Assembly (NCBI GenBank): GCA_002269645.1
Contig: NIVC01000880.1
Coordinates: forward strand, 1 to 48,005
Source of the DNA: Macrostomum lignano
Lineage: Eukaryota
Length of the DNA stretch: 48,005 nucleotides
Direction: 5' to 3'
Shown: positions 25,201-34,966 of the stretch, piece by piece
Layout of the letters: every line of letters begins with the position of its first letter
How positions within the stretch are numbered: position 1 is the first letter of the stretch
Position numbers and translations under genes: made by a program
The notes under the pieces: generated by a model
Databases searched by the model: none
Seen by the model: only the letters and a program-made list of their open reading frames with translations
What the model was told of the DNA's origin: nothing

Positions 25201-28200
25201 TGGGCAGATTGACGAACTGGGAGTCGGCGGTGACTGCCAGCAGGTACTCCGGGCTCGGCTCCATGGTTACCTGGACTTGCAGGCGCGAGTCATTGGCGCC
25301 AGACACCGGCTCCAGCAGGGTGTACGCGCAGCCCATCGGGTTGAAGTCCATCTTGGCGCCATCGAAGGTGACAATGTGGCTACCAGTGATTGAGCACATC
25401 TTTGGGCAGTTCGGGTTGTAGGTGCACTGCCAGCGTCCATTGGCGCAGTTGCTGAAAGAGGAAAGGATGAGTGATCAGGGCTGAACTTGTATAGCGAGTA
25501 AATGCGAGCTTTTACCGGTTAGACAGGAGCTTTTACCGGTTAGACAGGAGCTTTTACCGGTTAGACTGGAGCTTGTACCGGTTAGACTGGAGCTTATACC
25601 ACTTAGACTGGAGCTTATATCACTTAGACTGGAGCTTATACCGCTTAAACTGGAGCTTATACCGGTTAGATTAGAGCTAATACCTGTTAAAGGTGGGACT
25701 AGCACCTACTAGAATACAGATAAAAAGTTCTAGCTTAGAGCCAGAGAGCAAGCAGCATCGCACTTACCAGGTGCTGCAGTCAACCACCAGGTTGCTGCCT
25801 GGCATGTACTCTACCGAGTTATAAGTGCACGGGCACTCGTTCGGCCGGATGCATGTACTTTTGTAATGGACGTAGCCGGAGCCGCATTTGCACCTGGGCA
25901 CCATGCTGCTCTCGCAGGTGGCAGATTTCAGCTGATCGTAATTGGCGCAGGTGGTCGGGCAGGCGCTGGCGCACTCGCTCCAGGTCATCAGGGCCGGGCA
26001 GCTCTGAGCTGCAAAACGGATTTTTCCGGGTTTGATGCGTAAATTAAAGAATTCGTCTCAGAAGTACCTTAAGTATTTCCTAAGAACTTAGAATGAGGTT
26101 CTGTGTAAATAAAGCAGTAGAGATAATTGCTGTACTTCTGGATTTGTTCGAAAAATTGAGTTGAACTTTGGGCTTCCCTTGTTTTTCTTCATTAACTAAA
26201 ATCAAATTCAAATTGGCGCCAATCAAATTTAGTTGAAGAATTGTCTAACTAAAATTCACCTTCAAAAGTATTAACATTTTAAATATCTGGGTTTTAAAAG
26301 ATGTTTCATGAGCACTTGCCATAGCTATTTTAATTAATTTAATAATTGCTTCAAAACACATATTTTGGCGCGGTTTTGAATTGGATTTTAATTTTAAAAA
26401 AAAACGAATTTTCAAATACTAAAACCCTCTGGTTCGTTTTGAATTATAAAATCTACAAGCACGCGAGTGCCTCTAATGGCCTATTGGCTGCGACGGGTCA
26501 GTCGTTGCCAGGTGAGTTGTCAGTTCTACTCACGGCACATGGTGCTGCCGCGCCAGTCGATGCAGATACCCTCCAGCGAGCACTGGTACGAGTAGGCGCT
26601 CAGGTGGGAGCACAGCACCGATGACTTGGCTGAGTCGCTGGTCTCGCCTTTCTTCTTCAGGATGCACATGTCCTGCACACACCTCTTGACCACCTGGGTG
26701 GGGCTGATCTTGCTATGGCACTGGAAGAACACGTTGTTGATTGGCCGGCAGTCGCCCTCCGCAGCCGCCTGGTCCTCGGGGCTCTCGCAGTGGATTGGCA
26801 CATTGGCGATGTCTTGGCACTGCACAAGATGGGAAAGGACCGGTGAGCCATGCTGATTTCTAGCGATTGCGGAACCGAGCAAGTCATGCCAATTCACACA
26901 GGGTGTACCGGAAAACGGACGCAGGTACACAGACTCAGTCACCACACAAGATCCATCCGAGCTCGTCACTCACCGACTCCGATTTCCACTGGTTGCCGAA
27001 TGCCGCAGGATTTGGCGCGCTGCCAAAGTCGTTAGTTGCGTCGCCATCGTAGTCACCGCAGAGGCCCTTCAGGCCTCGGTTCTTGTGAAGCGAGCGGTCC
27101 ACCGTGACGAAGACGGAGTTCTCGTTGTCCCATTTAAGCTTGACGCCGATGCTGCGAACGGTCAGGTAAACATTGACACCTTTGCGTTCGACTTTCACTC
27201 CGTTCCACTCGTTCGGCTCCGAATTCTCCTCCAGGGTGACGTTGGCAGTGAGAGTGGTGGCTCCTGAGGTGCCGGACAGCTTGAAGACCTGGACATTGTA
27301 GCCTAGAGCCACGTACTGGTTGATGTCGTCGAAACGCATCGTTATTTGCTGAAATTGTGTTGCAATTGAGATTTGAGTTTAATAGCCTTGTGTTATTCAA
27401 TTTTGCAGTTATGAATCTGATCAATTTCCCTTTATCTTATTTGAGTGACCCACAGTCTATCTCCAGTGTGACCCAAAATGTACAAAATCGTCTCCAAGCT
27501 AAGCTTTACCTTCCTGCAGGTCTCAAACTTGTCACAGTTGAGCAGTGTGATGGTGCACCACCACTTCATAGTGGGGTTCGTACTGCCAGCCAGCAGGTAG
27601 GTGCACCGGCCCTGATACTCGAAGGTGAGACCGTCGAACGTTCGATAGGAGTTTGGGCCGTAGCTCACGCAGGTGTCGAATGGCACGACCTCGACTCCCG
27701 TATTGTTCCTCGCTGTCGAGCGGTGATGAAATTATGGTCATATTATTTAAAAAGAAGAACTTGCTAAGTGGATTGAATGCACACATTCTTGGTTAGATAG
27801 AGGTAACGATTGCTGTGTTCAAAGAGCTGAAAGCCAGAAAGTAAGAGCCCCGTCAAAAGGTGAGACAGAGCCGTCAACAGGTGAGACAGAGCCGTCAAAA
27901 TGTGAGAAAGTGTCGTCAACATGTGAGACAGTGTCGTCAACAGGTGAGACAGAGCCGTCAACAGGTGAGACAGAGTCGTCAAAAGGTGAGACAGAGCCGT
28001 CAACAGGTGAGACAGAGTCGTCAACATGTGAGACAGAGCCGTCAACAGGTGAGACAGAGTCGTCAACAGGTGAGACAGAGTCGTCAACATGTGAGACAGA
28101 GCCGTCAACAGGTGAGACAGAGTCGTCAACAGGTGAGACAGAGTCGTCAACATGTGAGACAGAGCCGTCAACAGGTGAGACAGAGTCGTCAACAGGTGAG

Positions 28201-31200
28201 ACAGAGTCGTCAACAGGTGAGACAGAGTCGTCAACATGTGAGACAGAGCCGTCAACAGGTGAGACAGAGTCGTCAACAGGTGAGACAGAGTCGTCAACAG
28301 GTGAGACAGAGTCGTCAACATGTGAGACAGAGCCGTCAACAGGTGAGACAGAGTCGTCAACATGTGAGACAGAGCCGTCAACAGGAGGTGAGACAGAGTC
28401 ATTAACAGGTGAGACAGAGTCATTAACTGGTGAGACAGACTCGTCAACAGGTGAGACGGAGTCGTCAACAGATGGGACAGAGTCGTCGGACAGAGTCGAT
28501 GAGACATCTTACCAACAGTGCTGGTCTTGCAGCTCATGCAGCCCTTCTGGTAGCCAAAGCTGCCGGTGCCGTCGGAGCAGCAGCGCCCGAACGCAACCCG
28601 ACTCGAGCCGAAGCCGGTCTTCTTGGTCAGACAGGCGTCGTCTGAGTAGCAATACTGCTCGTTCGGGTTGTTCTTGATGGCTGGAAGCAGTTGGGGAAAC
28701 AAGCAGTTTTTATTACACGTAATCCCTTGATTTTCATACTTTAGTTACTTTAGCTACTCGGCTACTCTTTACGTACTACTGAATTGAGAGTATCATTACA
28801 ACATTTGCACCACATGTAAATGTGAGTTTGAAATCGTTCAGGCTTTCCATTGCTCACAGAATACGAGAATACTCTGCAGATACATGTACTAGAATAGCTA
28901 GATGAGCCACTTAGGTACATATGCTTAATAATGAAGTTTCACTTGTAGCAAAGAAGAATACAGAAGCTATTTATTTAATAAAAAGACTGTTGAAATGACT
29001 CGATAAATTTATAAGCCAAGCTTGCAAACGTAAACAACTGGCTAATGGTGCAGCAGTAATGTACATTAGCCAGCGTAACTAAGAATGTGCATGACAGGTG
29101 AAACTCGAGGATGGCAAGAAAAATCAGGGGGGGGGGCGGGCCGGGGGTAGAGATTTTGTGCGGAAAGACGCGGCTGTAAAGGGGTGAGAGGGCCAATAAA
29201 CGAGCGTATATAATGTACATGGCAGGCAGGCAGCTTTGGGCGGGAAGGCCGAGGGAGGCAATAAAAATTGGGGGGCGATGGGTTAGAGATTTTGTGCGGA
29301 AAGACGCGGCCAGAGCGGGTGAGGAGAGGGCCAAATAGGCGAGTCTTGTTCTAAAAGACATTAAAATGCTTATAGATTTATCTTTCTACTTAAAGTAGCC
29401 TATCCACAAATGTGCTGAGTGGCCCATCTACGAGCTAGTTGTAATGGTATCCATGATTTTCGCTGAAAATGTACTACTTGTAGATATTTTTAGTACCTTA
29501 TTCACAATATCTCAGCTTCTGGACTTCCGAATTGCAAATGAAGCAAGTGTACATAAAACTGAGTCCGAGATGCACTCAAAATTTTTCATAATTATCAGAA
29601 ATGCTACCGGTGTCCAGCCAGCCAGCAAAGTTCTGGCGAAATTGACAAAATTGCTTCATTTGCCATCCGGAAGTCCAGAGTTGAGATACTGTTAATCCAA
29701 CAGCAAAGTTTGCTTGCATGTTCCCGCCCATGAGAGTTCTAACAGTACTCACCGTTGAGGTCCTCATCGCAGTTTGTGCCCAGGTAGTTGGTGGCGCACT
29801 GGCAAACGTTGGGCTTGACGCACTTGCCGCCGTTTAGGCAGCCGCCGCGATCGACGAAGCAGACAACCGTCTGGCAGTTGCTGCCATCGTAGCCAACGCA
29901 GCACTGCGTCTTCTCGATGTTGGTCAGCCTGGGTGGTGGTGAGAAGGGGTGTGAAGAGGGCTTTGCTGGGCTAGACTGTGGTTCACTGTTGAACAGGATC
30001 GTGGACAGGCGTGTGAGCTGTTAGACAGGGGTGTAAACTGTTAGACAGGGGTTTGAACTATTAAGGAGTGTAAACTGTTAGACAGGGCTGTAAACATGTT
30101 AGACAGGGCTGTGAACATGTTAGACAGGGGTGTGAACATGTTAGATAGGGGTGTGAACTGTTAGACACGATTGTGAACTATTAGACAGGGTGTGAACTGT
30201 TAGACAGGCGTGTAAACTGTTAGAAAGGGTGTGAACTGTTAGACAGGGGTTTGAAAATGTTAGACAGGGTTTTGAGCTGCTAGACAGGAGTGTAAACTGT
30301 TAGACAGGGTGTGAACATGTTAGACAGGGGTGTAAACTGTTAGACAGGGGTGTAAACATGTTAGACACGGTTGTGAACTATTAGACAGGGGTGTGAGCTG
30401 TAAGACAGGCGTGTAAACTGTTAGACAGGGGTGTGTACTGTTATTAGACAGGCGTGTAAACTGTTAGACAGGGTGTGAACATGTTAGACACAGTTGTTAA
30501 CTAAAAGACCATTGGCATGTAGACCCGTAGATTTCAGCCAGTTTTTTTGGTTGTTCAAATCGTAAAGTGCAAATTGGAACTCCTGTCTCTACTTGAGCTT
30601 CAGTTTAAACTGTCCTCTCTAATTCCTCTACTACCAGTAGCCAGTAGAAAAATTTTCGCTCACTTATAGAACGTGCAGTTCGGCGTGGCCTTGCTATAAG
30701 CGAAGTCGCGAATGTAGGTCTGCAATGATAGCTGCCGTTTCTCGTGTGTCGTCCGGTTGGCCAGCGCGGCGTCGGTCAGGATGGGCACCGAGGACTTGTC
30801 GATGGTCAGGCCCTCCATGGTCATCTCCACCATGTTGCCGCAGGACGAGTTCTTCTCCTCGCGGCGCTGCAGAGTGACAATGCACCAGCCAGAGCGGCCC
30901 GTGCTGGAAGCGAGGGAGGAAGAAGGCGCGATCAGATCTTCGCTGTCATGTCAATCTTTGACACGCGTTCTGATTTTCAACCTGATGTCCCGGTGTGCGG
31001 GTCCGAGATACTCTATCTTTGCATTCTATCTTCATGATCTATCTTCATGTTCTGTCTTCGTGTTCTATCTTCGTTTTCTATCTTCGTGTTCTATATTCGT
31101 GTTCTATCTTCGTGTTCTATCTTCATGTTCTATCGCCATGTTCTATCTTCGTGTTCTATCTTCGTGTTCTATCTTCATGTTCTATCTTCACGTTCTATCT

Positions 31201-31606
31201 TCACGTTCTATCTTCACGTTCTATCTTCTTCACGTTATTTCTTCACGTTCTATCTTCATGTTCTACCTTCGTGTTCTATCGCCATGTTCTATCTTCGCGT
31301 TCTATCTTCATGTTCTATCTTCTTCACGTTCTTTCTTCACGTTCTATCTTCTTCACGTTCTTTCTTCACGTTCTATCTTCATGTTCTACCTTCGTGTTCT
31401 ATCGCCATGTTCTATCTTCATGTTCTATCTTCGTCTTCTATCCTCACACTCCTGAGCATGGCAACTCACATGGGAGTCTCCTTGAGCTTAACGTCGGCGG
31501 CAGTGGAGCTGGCGGAGCCGAGCTGCTGCAGCACCAGCAGCGCCAGAAGCAGAAGACCGAAGCCAGCAGAAGCTGACGGCAGAGTCAAACGCTGGTTAGA
31601 GATCAT
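1..31606 (-). CDS. Giant secreted SCO-spondin/hemolectin-like VWD mucin (EMI-EGF-TB-3x[VWD-C8-TIL]-LDLa-[Thr-rich/discoidin-like]n); 22 exons in window, 3' end beyond position 1
   Basis: Exons traced by hand with GT-AG ends and matching phases: 31470-31606, 30664-30903, 29753-29928, 28513-28680, 27510-27712, 26974-27348, 26534-26819, 25768-26008, 24944-25451, 24171-24335, 21744-21987, 20181-20626, 19374-19521, 18992-19268, 18002-18543, 16193-16621, 15760-15876, 15515-15634, 15290-15415, 15120-15211, 13781-15014, <1-13296. Domains recognised from Cys patterns and motifs ([20 protein letters not shown]). Orthology to SSPO is not established. Confidence 0.9.
6900..12200 (-). repeat. Coding tandem repeat, 2196-bp unit (Thr tract-C domain-Thr tract-D domain), near-identical copies; further variant copies down to position 1
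   Basis: Identical shadow ORFs recur at 7113/9309/11505, 7989/10185 and 8354/10550, each offset by exactly 2196 bp. Confidence 0.97.
13781..15014 (-). CDS. Exon 21: Thr-rich tract, discoidin-like domain (type D), Thr-rich tract, LDLa
   Basis: Matches ORF 13740-15020. Acceptor atgaag|GAC, donor TTG T|GTAAGC. Ends [21 protein letters not shown]. Confidence 0.88.
15120..15876 (-). CDS. Exons 17-20: cluster of LDL-receptor class A modules
   Basis: Small exons encoding [50 protein letters not shown] and CDGNRDCE|DGTDEQSC; three are symmetrical phase 1-1 exons. Confidence 0.85.
16193..19521 (-). CDS. Exons 13-16: third VWD-C8-TIL assembly and first LDLa
   Basis: [27 protein letters not shown]; [11 protein letters not shown]...[14 protein letters not shown]; C8 ([32 protein letters not shown]...WR); TIL; LDLa ([23 protein letters not shown]). 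Confidence 0.92.
17028..17794. mobile_element. MITE-like element with perfect 18-bp terminal inverted repeats and an internal 117-bp tandem amplification
   Basis: ctactttcagttcagtag (17028-17045) is the exact reverse complement of ctactgaactgaaagtag (17777-17794). agagattttgtgcggaaag recurs at 17195, 17313, 17430, 17547 and 17664. No clear TSD seen. Confidence 0.7.
18687..18972. repeat. Intronic minisatellite, 30-bp unit (gcaatctggtagatagaaccagctgttaca), ~9-10 copies
   Basis: Directly visible periodicity. Confidence 0.95.
19938..20110. mobile_element. Partial second copy of the 17028-17794 repeat family
   Basis: Shares aatgtacattagccagc, ggcaataaa, attttgtgcggaaagac, gagtctt..cctaaaa and actttctact. 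Confidence 0.6.
20181..25451 (-). CDS. Exons 9-12: second VWD-C8-TIL assembly plus an extra TIL-like unit
   Basis: [18 protein letters not shown]...YFDGYRTV; [16 protein letters not shown]; C8 (FKACRDS...YYRFCQKE...[12 protein letters not shown]); TIL (CARTCRSSC...CFPGCDC). Confidence 0.88.
20633..21660. repeat. Intronic minisatellite, 21-bp unit (attgttgaggatcggcactgg and variants), ~49 copies
   Basis: Directly visible; source of the NNPVPIL and RIGTGLL shadow ORFs. Confidence 0.97.
22564..22800. mobile_element. Short AT-rich MITE-like element, 24-bp TIR with 1 mismatch
   Basis: aaattcaattcaaattcgcgccaa versus the reverse complement of ttggcgcgaatttgaactgaattt. Confidence 0.6.
23521..23944. 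repeat. Apparently perfect 14-bp tandem array (tgtgactcgttcac), ~30 copies
   Basis: Directly visible; no variant units noticed. Confidence 0.98.
24010..24165. repeat. 30-bp minisatellite, ~5 copies, merging into the exon 10 donor
   Basis: Unit tcagaatcagtcaggagagggggcggactc; the last unit ends tctgacttac. Confidence 0.9.
24525..24900. repeat. 21-bp minisatellite (catggattcacacacattaaa), ~17 copies
   Basis: Directly visible. Confidence 0.93.
25505..25682. repeat. 21-bp minisatellite (gagcttttaccggttagacag), ~8 copies
   Basis: Directly visible. Confidence 0.9.
25768..27712 (-). CDS. Exons 5-8: first VWD-C8-TIL assembly
   Basis: [27 protein letters not shown]; [11 protein letters not shown]...[14 protein letters not shown]; C8 ([10 protein letters not shown]...CVQDMC...[11 protein letters not shown]...IDWR); TIL ([18 protein letters not shown]). 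Confidence 0.9.
26198..26389. mobile_element. Related short MITE-like copy
   Basis: aaaatcaaattcaaattggcgccaa ... ttggcgcggttttgaattggatttt. Same TIR family as 22564-22800; both have catattt before the right TIR. Confidence 0.5.
27850..28505. repeat. 21-bp minisatellite (caggtgagacagagtcgtcaa), ~30 copies
   Basis: Directly visible; runs up to the exon 4 donor. Confidence 0.96.
28513..28680 (-). CDS. Exon 4: Cys-rich TB/follistatin-N-like module
   Basis: Phase 1-1 exon encoding [43 protein letters not shown]. The CC..G.GSFG...C..C pattern resembles TB-type domains; the family assignment is tentative. Confidence 0.6.
28940..29398. mobile_element. Third copy of the same family, with two internal core units
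   Basis: gtagcaa..aagaat..aagctattt start; aatgtacattagccagcg; two agagatt(t)tgtgcggaaagacgcgg cores; ends ctttctacttaaagtagc. Confidence 0.6.
29753..31606 (-). CDS. Exons 1-3: signal peptide, EMI-like domain, EGF-like domain
   Basis: ATG at 31606: [34 protein letters not shown] (hydrophobic core). Then [17 protein letters not shown]...[23 protein letters not shown] (EMI-like end) and [24 protein letters not shown] (EGF). Phases 2/2/1 join cleanly. Confidence 0.8.
29990..30500. repeat. 20-21-bp minisatellite (gttagacaggggtgtaaact), ~24 copies
   Basis: Directly visible, moderately diverged units. Confidence 0.92.
31015..31445. repeat. ~13-bp minisatellite (ttctatcttcrtg), ~30 copies, in intron 1
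   Basis: Directly visible; source of the SCSIFVFYL shadow ORFs. Confidence 0.93.
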
Positions 31607-32458
31607 CTCTAACAGTCTGCAATTGGCTTGCCGTAGATTCTGTTGCAGTATCTGTTCACTGTTTTTGCTTTCCTTCTAGAAGGAGAAGTTTTGCTTGAGA
31701 TTATCACAGAGGACACAGAGGCAGAGAGAAGCGGTGCCTCTGCAGTGAGAGACAAGACTGAATGCTTGGAATCTGGGATTCTTGGGGGAAAAGCTTAAAG
31801 CTGATTTCTGAGGCGCGAGTTTTGCTGGTTTAAATACCCTCAGCTAAAGACCAAGGACTTAATTCTGGTCGCCAATGCAGATTAGTCAATTCAATTTAAC
31901 TAGCACTGGATATTGTCCCCAATTTTGGCAAGCGCACCTGTGCCACCAAGGATTATCCTTGATCCTCCAACTGAGCACGGGGGCGGACTTTGAGCTCCCT
32001 GGCCGGCTAATCCGCGGTGGCAACAGACGGCGCGATTCAATTCTTTGGGGATCGAGCAAAGACGATTAATTGCTGACTGTGCTGAAGTCAGCACTCGCTG
32101 GAATGCTCAGCGCCCTCACGCTGATCCGCCCTTCGTCACTGCAGGTTCTTGCGCGAGCCGCCCGCAATCTATGGGTGAATGGCTCGTTTATTTGGCTGCA
32201 GTCGGGTGCAGGACAGCTGGGTTGCCCCGCACCGATCATTTAATCAGCCCAGACTGAAGTCGCGCAGGCCCAGCTGTTGCACCAGATCAGAATTCTGCTG
32301 CGCAAGCAGATTTTCTGGGAATGTTTTTGTGCGCTTATGTCAAAAAACTTAGCTTCTGCTGATTGTTTTTCTAAATAAAACTCAATTAAAAGGTGCATGC
32401 TGTCCGCCAGCAAGTGCAGAAATGCGTCGGAGCTGCCACAATCAAATAAAAGATCCTT

Positions 32459-33601
<1,143 letters not shown>

Positions 33602-33752
33602 TGAAAACAAAGGAAAAATTCACGCACACAGTTCGACTAGGTTTCTTGGAACCGATATTTCGGCCTAGGCTAGGCGGCCTTCGTCAGGGTTTTAACTATT
33701 TACGAGTATTAACAACGAAAAGTGCAAAAAAAGCTATTTAAAAAAATTCAAA

Positions 33753-33997
<245 letters not shown>

Positions 33998-34346
33998 GGC
34001 TGATCCAAGGAGCCGAGAAAGTTCCCAGAAAGAGATTCTGTAGCCCTGGCCCGCTACCGCGGAAACGCAGCGACTTTAGGTTAATCGGAAAGGCGGGACA
34101 AAGGAAAGAGAGAAATGCTTTGTACGCAGAAACGGCGGCTGCTGCACTGCTGGGAGGCAACCCAGAGCGGCAGCAGTCGGTGAATTCAGCCGGCAGCAAA
34201 GTGTAGAACAGCAGGTAGTGAGTGAGCATTGCAGCATGATGAGCGGGAGGAGAATGTAAAAAAGGCAGCATTGGCTCCGGCATATTCTGGAGTCAGGAAG
34301 GCATTTGGAGAGGTAGAGAAGAGAAGAGGTGGACCGGCGGCTCACA

Positions 34347-34360
34347 GTCGTCATGGCAAC
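34347..34360. promoter_or_regulatory. Candidate RFX X-box
   Basis: gtcgtcatggcaac fits the X-box consensus GTHNYY-AT-RRNAAC at every position; ~600 bp upstream of the CXorf65-like ATG. Confidence 0.55.
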
Positions 34361-34966
34361 CTGAGGACTGACTTCCTCTTCCTCTTCCCACCTCTCTCTC
34401 TCTCGCTCTGCTGTAGCCGGGTCTGTAAGCGCGATAGGATAGGGTAGGTGATGGCCGTGAGAGATAGGAATTGGGTGGGGAGAATGAGCACCTATGCGCG
34501 TTGTACCTGGCAGTGCGTGGCATATTAAAAATCGTAGGTGGAGAAGACTTGGCTCCGGTGCAGGCTAGAGCAACAGTTGGCAGCGCATGTAACACACACA
34601 GCATACATTGTTAAAAGTGTCCAAACAGCCCTGTTTAATTGCCAAACTTCGGACAGGCCACCCCCTGAGTCTCTGGCTCACACCCAAACACGCAACCAGA
34701 AGCTGTTATTCTGCCTCCCCTTTGCTTTTATTAATTTCGTCTCTCAGTCGCTGCTTTTAGTCGCCTTGCATTGAGTTTTTTATCTAATCTGCTTCTGCAG
34801 CTGCTGTCTGATCTGTACTCAACCAAGCAGAGGCTAAAGCAATACATTCACAGTTTTTAATTGCAAATAGCATTTACTAAACTGCTGTATCCCAGGTGCA
34901 ACAATCGAATTCTTGCCTAATAAATTTAATTCAACTTAATTACTGAAGCAACTGCCATCAAGCGCG

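Noticed and set aside
27764-28702. 312-aa ORF with TTLSHLL repeats
   Set aside because: Only 28513-28680 is exon 4; the rest reads through the donor into the 21-bp array.
1-31606. Assigning the symbol SSPO, Hml or a known flatworm adhesive-protein name
   Set aside because: The architecture is only partly shared (no TSP1 repeats in the window, no KR-rich region), and orthology cannot be established without a search.
30757-31679. Hydrophobic plus-strand ORFs (SCSIFVFYL) resembling membrane proteins
   Set aside because: Translations of the 13-bp intron-1 array plus the antisense of exons 1-2.
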